10,573 bases of DNA, from assembly GCA_965657355.1 (NCBI GenBank), contig CBFHOE010000001.1, positions 226,544-237,116 on the forward strand, read 5' to 3'. Positions 1 through 6,763 of this stretch are shown piece by piece (the first letter of the stretch is position 1; each line of letters begins with the position of its first letter). A program made the position numbers and the translations under genes. This DNA comes from Limisphaerales bacterium. Lineage in GTDB: Bacteria > Verrucomicrobiota > Verrucomicrobiia > Limisphaerales > JAJOIW01. A model generated the notes under the pieces. It was not told where the DNA came from. It was given only the letters and a program-made list of their open reading frames with translations, and ran no database searches.

Positions 1-1947
1 TCGATTAATACTGGATCAACCCCATCGACAGAAACCATTTCCGGCGCTAGCTCATTTGCTTTAAAAATAAAACCAGTTAAGAAATTTTTAGACCAATGGG
101 CGTCATTTGAAAAGGAGTGGTCCTCGAAATTGAAAGCGCCCAAAATAGCTGTTATTGGAGCAGGGGCAGGGGGGGTCGAACTTGTATTATCATTAGATTA
201 CCGACTAAACAGAGCCGGCCAATCTAAAGACAATAGATCAAAATGGAACAAAGCCGAGTTCCATATTTTTCAAAAAGGTGAGAAAATTTTACCAACTCAT
301 AACAAGGCCGTTAGATCGATGCTTGTGGAAAGTCTGAGAAAAAGAAAAATAAAATACTCTCTCGGGTGTCCAGTAGAAGCCATAGACGTGGATGGGCTTT
401 TTATCTCTGGTGAGAAAAAATTTTTCGATCTCGTGATACTCGTATCTCAAGCCACCCCTCCAGATTGGATAGGTCGCTCAAGTTTAAAAACCGATGATTC
501 TGGATTTCTACTTTTAAAGGATGATTTGAGCAGCGTTTCACACCCATCTATTTTCGGAGCAGGGGACTCAGCGATAGCTTTTAATTTTCCCAGACCAAAA
601 TCTGGGGTTTTTGCTGTTCGACAAGGGAAGCCACTTGCAAATAATATTAGAAAGAAGCTTGCAGGAAAAGCGACCGCACCATTTAGGCCTCAAAAGAAGT
701 TTCTAAGTTTAATATCTACTGGAGACAAGCATGCTGTGGTTTCTCGGGGACCATTCGCCCTCAAAGGAAATTGGGTTTGGAAGTGGAAGGACCATATAGA
801 TAGATCATTTATTAGGAAATATTCTGAATTTCCTAAAATGGAGGCCGGAGTTCGTGATAATTCTGGAAAACTTTTTATAGATCAAGACGTCAAGGCAGAG
901 CTCGCATCTCATCCAATGAGATGTGGCGGATGTGGAGCCAAGGTCGGAAAAAAGATTTTAACGCGAGTGATGGAATCTTTAAAAGATCACTCATCTTGTG
1001 TTGACCATCCTGTCTTATCAAATGCAGATGACTCTTATGTCTTTTCCATTCCCGAAGGAAAAGAACTAGTCCAATCAGTTGATTTTTTTCCTAACTTTTA
1101 CAATGATCCATATGTATTCGCGCAAATCGCAGCCAATCATGCTCTCAGTGACTTATATGCCATGGGAGCTGATTTTCACTCAGCGTTGGTAAATTGTGTC
1201 ATTCCTTTTCAACCTCAAGAAAAACACGAGCAACTTCTCAGGCAACTCATGGAGGGAGTCATAAATGTCATAAACCAAAACGAGGGGGTGTTGGCTGGAG
1301 GTCATACTTCCGAAGGCCCAAATTTATCCATTGGCCTAACGGTCAATGGGACAATAGATAAAGATACAAGTTTTCCTAAAGGACCACTGCAAAAAAATTC
1401 GGTCCTGATACTTACTAAGCCGCTCGGTACGGGGATGCTTCTTGCTGCTGATATGCGTTACTTGGCTAAAGGAAATTGGATCGATGAGGCATTGATGGGT
1501 ATGCTTCTTAGTAATCGTGATGCCTCTCGCATCATAAAGAAATACAATCCCGCCGCCGTGACTGATGTGACCGGGTTTGGGTTGTTAGGTCATTTATTGG
1601 AAATGTTTTACCATCAGACAAAGGAACCTGGTATCGACCTGCATTTATACCTTGGCTCACTTCCCAAATATTCGGGAGTTGACAATCTTATCCATCAAGG
1701 TATTTCCAGTTCGCTTCAGCCAGAAAACTATAGACTGAGGAGGGCACTTTCAAATTTAAATGAAGTATCGAATTTGAAAATGATGCCTCTACTTTTTGAC
1801 CCTCAAACAAGTGGTGGTCTTTTGGTAGCTATAGAAGAACAGCACAAGGAGAAATGCCTAATGGAATTGAGGTCTAATGGATATCCTGACTCCCGCATAA
1901 TTGGACATTGCTGTTCTGGGCGGGGTAAAATCATACTCAATGAATAA
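1..1947 (+). CDS. selD: Selenide, water dikinase (selenophosphate synthetase) with an N-terminal FAD-dependent pyridine nucleotide-disulfide oxidoreductase (NDH-2-like) domain; 5'-partial
   Basis: Frame 1 is open from base 1 (SINTGSTP...), so the TTG at 130 is internal. Oxidoreductase motifs: IAVIGAGAGGVE (NAD(P)-binding GxGxxG), IFGAGD, PKSGVFAVRQG, WKWKDHIDRSF. The SelD domain starts near 916: MRCGGCGAK (catalytic Cys and Lys), ADDS, SVDFF, ANHALSDLYAMG, GGHT, LTKPLGTG, TDVTGFGLLGHL, DPQTSGGLL. Stop TAA at 1945-1947. Confidence 0.95.
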   Translation, partial: SINTGSTPSTETISGASSFALKIKPVKKFLDQWASFEKEWSSKLKAPKIAVIGAGAGGVELVLSLDYRLNRAGQSKDNRSKWNKAEFHIFQKGEKILPTHNKAVRSMLVESLRKRKIKYSLGCPVEAIDVDGLFISGEKKFFDLVILVSQATPPDWIGRSSLKTDDSGFLLLKDDLSSVSHPSIFGAGDSAIAFNFPRPKSGVFAVRQGKPLANNIRKKLAGKATAPFRPQKKFLSLISTGDKHAVVSRGPFALKGNWVWKWKDHIDRSFIRKYSEFPKMEAGVRDNSGKLFIDQDVKAELASHPMRCGGCGAKVGKKILTRVMESLKDHSSCVDHPVLSNADDSYVFSIPEGKELVQSVDFFPNFYNDPYVFAQIAANHALSDLYAMGADFHSALVNCVIPFQPQEKHEQLLRQLMEGVINVINQNEGVLAGGHTSEGPNLSIGLTVNGTIDKDTSFPKGPLQKNSVLILTKPLGTGMLLAADMRYLAKGNWIDEALMGMLLSNRDASRIIKKYNPAAVTDVTGFGLLGHLLEMFYHQTKEPGIDLHLYLGSLPKYSGVDNLIHQGISSSLQPENYRLRRALSNLNEVSNLKMMPLLFDPQTSGGLLVAIEEQHKEKCLMELRSNGYPDSRIIGHCCSGRGKIILNE

Positions 1948-1968
1948 GGTCAAATCAAACAATGACCC

Positions 1969-2391
1969 TTATTCTTTTATAAGTTTATCATTTTTGATGT
2001 TTTTCAATTTATCCAGGCCACCGATGGCCAAAATGAAAGCACCCACGGCAGTGCCTGCGATAGGTGTGGGAATTCCTGTGAGTATCCCAAGGATTAACCC
2101 TTTCGTTAAAGACTTGCCCAGTGACTCATTGCCAAAGAATTTCTCGACGAGGCTAACACCAATAAAAGAACCAAGAAATCCTGCAAAAATAGAAAGGGTC
2201 ATCAATATTCCAGCAGAAGCCGCACTGCCTGCGAATAATAATGTGTCCAGTCCGATAACCAATATCGCGCTTAGCGGATGAATTTTAATGCTTCCTAAAA
2301 GAGAATTTGAAGGTTTTTCGGGCAGTTTTTGCTGTCGGCCCCCGCTCTCCTCTTGACTGGTTTGAATTTGAATATCTGATACCTCATCCAT
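1969..2391 (-). CDS. Hypothetical small membrane protein (140 aa), Gly-rich hydrophobic segments
   Basis: ATG start, a polar ~35-aa N-terminus, then hydrophobic stretches (LSAILVIGLDTLLFAG; AGILMTLSIFAGFLGSFIGVSLV; GLILGILTGIPTPIAGTAVGAFILAIGGL) and a basic C-terminal tail. Fills the gap between selD and the AT-rich intergenic region without overlap. Confidence 0.8.
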   Translation of the reverse strand: MDEVSDIQIQTSQEESGGRQQKLPEKPSNSLLGSIKIHPLSAILVIGLDTLLFAGSAASAGILMTLSIFAGFLGSFIGVSLVEKFFGNESLGKSLTKGLILGILTGIPTPIAGTAVGAFILAIGGLDKLKNIKNDKLIKE

Positions 2392-2508
2392 AAACTAAGC
2401 TTGGCTCAAGAAATCGTTATGTCCATTATAATTATCGCTTATGAAAATAATAGCGAACCCCTATGAGAATATTTAATTATTTTGGTGTTTTAAATTGGTT
2501 TCTATTAT

Positions 2509-2544
2509 TTGATGGTTTTTTGAGATGAAATTGATAATGTAGTA
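2509..2544 (+). promoter_or_regulatory. Putative sigma70-type promoter of glgB, probably giving a leaderless transcript
   Basis: TTGATG (2509-2514), 18-nt spacer, GATAAT (2533-2538), 6 nt, then ATG at 2545. Alternative reading: extended -10 TGaTAATGT (2532-2540), 7 nt before ATG 2548. No Shine-Dalgarno is visible. The AT-rich context makes chance matches likely. Confidence 0.4.
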
Positions 2545-4755
2545 ATGATGATCTTATCCGGGGAGGAACTGGAATCCATAGTAACAGCAAGGCACTCCTG
2601 CCCTCATTCTGTACTAGGTATGCATCCCCTTGGAAGAGGTGATGGCGTGGTGGTGAGAGCACTACTTCCACAAGCTAAGTCGGTTCGAGCTGTGCCTGTT
2701 CACGACAAATCAAAACCAAGCGTATCTTTAACTAAAATTGACGACTTAGGTTTGTTCGAGGGTGTTTCGAATGAAGTCGATCACGTTTATGCCTACGACT
2801 TAGAGGTTGAAAATCATGATGGGGGCAAATCCATAGGTAGAGATCCTTATTCTTTTCTTCCGGTTTTGAGTGAAGAAGATCTCTACTTTTTTTCCGAGGG
2901 CTCGGATAGGAAGCTTTATCAAAAGTTAGGTGCCCAGTTTTGTGCATTTGACGGTGTCAGTGGAGCTAGTTTTGCTCTATGGGCACCCAACGCTCAAAGG
3001 GTGAGTGTTGTGGGACCCTTTAATAACTGGGATGGTAGGACTCATTCGATGCGCTCCCTTGGCGATTCTGGCATTTGGGAACTTTTTATTCCGGGGATAG
3101 AAAAAGGATCACTATATAAATACGAATTAATTACGAGCCAAGGTGACGTTATTCTCAAAACGGATCCCCTTGGATTTTTCTTCGAAACACCACCCAAGAA
3201 TGCATCGATTGTTTGGGATCCCTCAGATTATCCATGGACAGATGCAAAGTGGATGAATGAAAGGAAATGTAAGTCGGCTTTACGTGAACCGGTATCAATA
3301 TATGAGCTTCACCTAGGAAGCTGGAAAAAATCTGGTGTGGGTGAATCGCCTGGCTACAGGGAAATAGCCCCAGATTTAATTGATTATGTCAAGTCAGTGG
3401 GCTTCACTCACGTCGAATTCCTTCCACTTGCGGAGCATGCTTATTACCCGTCTTGGGGATACCAAATAACAGGGTTTTATGCCCCAACCAGCAGGTATGG
3501 CACCCCTGAAGATCTCCAGTATCTCATCAACGAGTTACACAACGCCGGAATAGGCGTCATATTGGATTGGGTTCCTGCACACTTTCCGAGGGATTCATGG
3601 GCTCTTTCAAGGTTCGATGGCTCATGTCTATACGAGCATGAAGACCCTAAATTAGGGGCTCATATGGACTGGGGAACCCTTGTTTTTAATTACGGCCGGA
3701 AAGAAGTGAAAAATTTTCTAACCGCTAATGCTTTGTTTTGGCTGGATTATTTTCACATTGATGGGCTTAGAGTTGATGCTGTCGCTTCAATGCTATACAG
3801 GGATTACTCTAGAAAAGAAGGTGAATGGATACCCAACAAATACGGAGGTAGGGAAAATCTTGAGGCTGTAGAATTTATCCGGGAATTCAACCATCAAGCG
3901 CATACTGAGTTTCCAGGAATTGTAACCATCGCAGAAGAATCAACATCTTGGCCGATGGTTTCCCGTCCTCCAGAATACGGAGGATTAGGATTCTCATTTA
4001 AATGGAACATGGGGTGGATGAATGATACTCTCAGCTATTTTTCCAAAGACTCAATATATCGGAAATTCCACCAAAATGATCTGACATTCGCCATGGTCTA
4101 TCATCATGGAGAGAATTTTATTTTACCTCTTTCACACGATGAAGTCGTTCACGGCAAGAGATCCCTTCTTGGAAAAATGCCTGGTGACGACTGGCAAAGA
4201 TTTGGGAACCTTCGCGCACTTTTGGCGTATCAATGGTTTTTTCCGGGAAAAAAGCTTCTTTTCATGGGAGGGGAAATTGGCCAATCATTGGAGTGGAATG
4301 AAAATTCAGAAGTAGAGTGGTGGTTGCTTGAACAGGGTTCTTTCCACAAAGGAGTTCAACAAATGGTTAAAGAACTTAATAGTTTTTACACCAATGAGCC
4401 GGCTCTTTATGAATCTGACTACGATAACGAGGGTTTTTATTGGATAGATTGCTCTGATTCCGAGAGCTCAGTTCTTTCATTTATGCGACAAACTGCAGAT
4501 GGTGATAGAAAAGTTTGCGTTGTGCTAAACCTAACCCCCATACCGAGAGAATTTTATAGAATCGGACTGCCCGAACCAGGCCATTGGGTTGAATTATTTA
4601 ATTCTGATTCTGGACGATTTGGTGGTTCCGGTGCAGAAGCTCAATCACAAATCAACGCTACAGATGAGAAAATGCATGGCCAGAATTTTTCCGCTCAGTT
4701 TAAATTGCCCCCGCTATCGGTTGTCGCTTATATCCCAGAGCGAATGACGGGATAA
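2545..4755 (+). CDS. glgB: 1,4-alpha-glucan (glycogen) branching enzyme, GH13, long N-terminus form
   Basis: Motifs FALWAPNA..VSVVG.FN.WD (CBM48), IYELHLGSW, SWGYQ, DWVPAHFP, DGLRVDAVASM (nucleophile D411), IAEEST (E464), WNMGWM, LSHDEVVHGK (D532), PGKKLLFMG. The start could be ATG 2545 or ATG 2548. Confidence 0.98.
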   Translation: MMILSGEELESIVTARHSCPHSVLGMHPLGRGDGVVVRALLPQAKSVRAVPVHDKSKPSVSLTKIDDLGLFEGVSNEVDHVYAYDLEVENHDGGKSIGRDPYSFLPVLSEEDLYFFSEGSDRKLYQKLGAQFCAFDGVSGASFALWAPNAQRVSVVGPFNNWDGRTHSMRSLGDSGIWELFIPGIEKGSLYKYELITSQGDVILKTDPLGFFFETPPKNASIVWDPSDYPWTDAKWMNERKCKSALREPVSIYELHLGSWKKSGVGESPGYREIAPDLIDYVKSVGFTHVEFLPLAEHAYYPSWGYQITGFYAPTSRYGTPEDLQYLINELHNAGIGVILDWVPAHFPRDSWALSRFDGSCLYEHEDPKLGAHMDWGTLVFNYGRKEVKNFLTANALFWLDYFHIDGLRVDAVASMLYRDYSRKEGEWIPNKYGGRENLEAVEFIREFNHQAHTEFPGIVTIAEESTSWPMVSRPPEYGGLGFSFKWNMGWMNDTLSYFSKDSIYRKFHQNDLTFAMVYHHGENFILPLSHDEVVHGKRSLLGKMPGDDWQRFGNLRALLAYQWFFPGKKLLFMGGEIGQSLEWNENSEVEWWLLEQGSFHKGVQQMVKELNSFYTNEPALYESDYDNEGFYWIDCSDSESSVLSFMRQTADGDRKVCVVLNLTPIPREFYRIGLPEPGHWVELFNSDSGRFGGSGAEAQSQINATDEKMHGQNFSAQFKLPPLSVVAYIPERMTG

Positions 4756-4775
4756 ATCATAATACATTCAATCAT

Positions 4776-5201
4776 CTACAAGAAATACTCTTTCAGTTTT
4801 TTAATAAAACTGTCCCTGTCCGTGTCTCGAAATTTTGGAAAGTGCCATTCTGAAGAAGATAGCACATCATGATTTCTTTCAGGAACAATGTATGCCCAAG
4901 CTTGAGTTATTTGTTTGTCCTCTGAATAGCATTCGATGATTATTCTTTCGTAAAAATCATCTTCGTAATTATCGAGCTTTTCTAATTCTTCTTCTGAAAT
5001 ATCATGGTATAAAGCACCGTTGGCTTTCCCATCACAAAAAATTATCATTCCCGGAAAAACAGCATTTTTTATTTTCAGGACTTTAAATCCAATGGCGACT
5101 GATGGAGATGGAAATCTTTTTTGTTCTGTGACTAATTGGTAGATCTCCGGGTCCATCAAGGTGCCGTAAACAAACAAATTACAAATATTGTTTTTAGACA
5201 T
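4776..5201 (-). CDS. Gamma-glutamyl cyclotransferase family protein (AIG2-like / GGACT-like)
   Basis: N-terminal LFVYGTLM signature, FPGM, GALY, and LDNYE..FYER (the LDxxE catalytic-Glu region). ATG at 5201 (141 aa) is preferred over the TTG at 5219 in the ORF track. Confidence 0.88.
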   Translation of the reverse strand: MSKNNICNLFVYGTLMDPEIYQLVTEQKRFPSPSVAIGFKVLKIKNAVFPGMIIFCDGKANGALYHDISEEELEKLDNYEDDFYERIIIECYSEDKQITQAWAYIVPERNHDVLSSSEWHFPKFRDTDRDSFIKKLKEYFL

Positions 5202-5222
5202 GAGGATTGAGCGCGGCAAGTT

Positions 5223-6125
5223 TTAGGCTATCTCGGTCAGTATTTTTTTCACAGAAGATAATACCGAGGGCAGGTAACTGCCTCCAAATAAGTTCAAATG
5301 ATTTAATTCATGGTAGACTTGGTATAAATACTTTCGTCTAAAAAAATCATCACTTCTTTTCAAAATGGAATCATATCCATTAAAAAATTCATCAGGAAAC
5401 CCACCAAACATATGGATGATTCCAAACTCCGCTTCACGGTCCGCACAATAACTTGCTGGATCAAAAATAGCTGGCTTCCCACCTGCTTCAAAGCCTACAT
5501 TTCCGCTCCACAAATCCCCGTGTATTAATGATGGGTAAGGGTCATAATTTTTAAACAATTCACCGATCTTAGAAATAATGCGATCGAATCCGTTAATGCT
5601 AAATCCGGAATCATAAGCCAATTTTACTTGGTGTAATAGACGGTGTTCTGTCCAAAATTCAATCCAATTATCGCATTGGTTATTTGGTTGAGGCGTTGAT
5701 CCTATAGTGCTTTTTCGATGCCATCCGAAAATATCTTTTCTACAGGAATGTAGTGATGCCAATCCTCTGCCTAGTGCATTCCAGTCACTTGAACTTTTTG
5801 AGGTATTTAACAAATTAAGGCAATCAAGGAGTAGAAAAGAATGTTCCTTGTATGTTCCGGTTAGTATCGGTTTTGGGCAGACTATTATATCCGAGTGATC
5901 AATTGTGGATTTAATTTGGCTGAGGGCATCATATTCAGCTTGAAACATCCACAGTAAATTAGATGAATTAATTTTTATAAAATATTTTTGATTGTTTGTC
6001 TTGGATGAAAATGCAAAGGCCTGATTGATGCACCCCCCGTGTAAAGATTTAACATTAACGATGGGTCCTTCGATACCAATCTGGTAACCAAATGTTTTTG
6101 TAAACCCTTCCCAATCCCAATTCAT
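5223..6125 (-). CDS. Fructosamine/ketosamine (ribulosamine/erythrulosamine) 3-kinase family protein
   Basis: GGCINQA P-loop, YFIK (ATP-binding Lys), MFQAE, HGDLWSGN catalytic loop, IFDPASY, EAEFG..MFGGF, YQVYHELNHLNLFG. SD-like AAGGA lies 6 nt upstream of the ATG. Confidence 0.95.
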   Translation of the reverse strand: MNWDWEGFTKTFGYQIGIEGPIVNVKSLHGGCINQAFAFSSKTNNQKYFIKINSSNLLWMFQAEYDALSQIKSTIDHSDIIVCPKPILTGTYKEHSFLLLDCLNLLNTSKSSSDWNALGRGLASLHSCRKDIFGWHRKSTIGSTPQPNNQCDNWIEFWTEHRLLHQVKLAYDSGFSINGFDRIISKIGELFKNYDPYPSLIHGDLWSGNVGFEAGGKPAIFDPASYCADREAEFGIIHMFGGFPDEFFNGYDSILKRSDDFFRRKYLYQVYHELNHLNLFGGSYLPSVLSSVKKILTEIA

Positions 6126-6148
6126 CTAGGATCCTTAGCCAAAGGAAG

Positions 6149-6640
6149 TCAATTATTACTGAGCTTGAGCTGCTTCTTTATGTCTTCGAGAAGATTTTTG
6201 CAGCCGTCCTCGAGTAAATCCATAACAACAGTAAATCCTTCTTTGCCGCCGTAATATGGATCGGGAACTTCACTGTGCTGAAATTTCGAAACATAATCAC
6301 AGAATAGTTTTAACTTTTTGTTATATTTATTTGCCTTGTCTAGTTCTCTCAAGTGTTGGAGATTTGATTTATCCATTGCAATGACGATGTCAAATTCATT
6401 CAGGTCTTTCTCTGAAATTTGGCGGGCACTTCCTTGAATTTGAATATCTCTTTCAAGGCCTTCCTCACGCATTCGTGGATCTGGTGATGATCCCGCGTGA
6501 AATCCGATGGTTCCAGCTGAATCGATATTTATAACGTCCTCGAGTCCTTCTGAGTTTACGATGCTTTTCATGATGCATTCGGCTGCCGGAGAGCGGCAAA
6601 TATTCCCCATACAAACGAAAATGACACTAATTTGAAGCAT
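6149..6640 (-). CDS. Low-molecular-weight protein tyrosine phosphatase (possible protein-ribulosamine 5-phosphatase)
   Basis: VCMGNICRS P-loop (C10-X5-R16), DSAGT..FH.G..PDPR, IAMD..N, VPDPYYG (general-acid Asp). ATG at 6640 (163 aa) is preferred over the TTG at 6658. Confidence 0.96.
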   Translation of the reverse strand: MLQISVIFVCMGNICRSPAAECIMKSIVNSEGLEDVINIDSAGTIGFHAGSSPDPRMREEGLERDIQIQGSARQISEKDLNEFDIVIAMDKSNLQHLRELDKANKYNKKLKLFCDYVSKFQHSEVPDPYYGGKEGFTVVMDLLEDGCKNLLEDIKKQLKLSNN

Positions 6641-6647
6641 TGTACAA

Positions 6648-6676
6648 ATTCTAGACAATTAATCTGGTCTCGCCAA
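6648..6676 (-). promoter_or_regulatory. Putative sigma70-type promoter for the LMW-PTP/FN3K/GGCT unit (leaderless)
   Basis: Minus strand: TTGGCG (6676-6671), 17-nt spacer, TAGAAT (6653-6648), 7 nt, then ATG at 6640. No Shine-Dalgarno precedes this ATG. Confidence 0.5.
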
Positions 6677-6763
6677 ACCATTTTTGTCCAAAATCTCAGC
6701 GCCTGGCGCGAATTGGGGTTCCGTGAAATTTTACATCAGTAGGGTGCAATTATCTTTTTCCTT

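Noticed and set aside
130..132. TTG start of the 605-aa ORF in the track
   Set aside because: The frame is open back to base 1 and contains the family motif SINTGSTP; the N-terminal FAD-binding part must lie upstream of the window.
1901..2281. 126-aa + strand ORF
   Set aside because: Antisense shadow of the membrane-protein gene; overlaps the selD 3' end, starts with TTG and has no motif.
2477..2947. 64-aa and 71-aa minus-strand ORFs
   Set aside because: Antisense to well-supported glgB, with no recognisable features.
4106..4315. 69-aa + strand ORF
   Set aside because: Alternate frame inside the conserved glgB catalytic region.
5707..5898. 63-aa + strand ORF
   Set aside because: Antisense to the fructosamine kinase.
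6122..6151. Selenocysteine read-through of the LMW-PTP TGA stop (prompted by selD), or a PTP-FN3K fusion
   Set aside because: The PTP domain is complete at the TGA. Read-through adds only LPLAKDPR before another TGA, and the kinase is in a different frame (23-nt gap). No in-frame TGA interrupts any gene in the window.
6149..6640. Arsenate reductase ArsC, or a Wzb capsule-associated phosphatase
   Set aside because: CMGNICRS and DPYY are LMW-PTP-type motifs, not the thioredoxin-coupled ArsC CTGNSCRS pattern; no ars or wza/wzc genes are nearby.
6699..6709. GC palindrome GCGCC-T-GGCGC downstream of TPPII as a terminator or sigma54 site
   Set aside because: Stem is only 4-5 bp with no adjacent U-tract, and the TGGCGCG lacks a correctly spaced TTGC -12 element.
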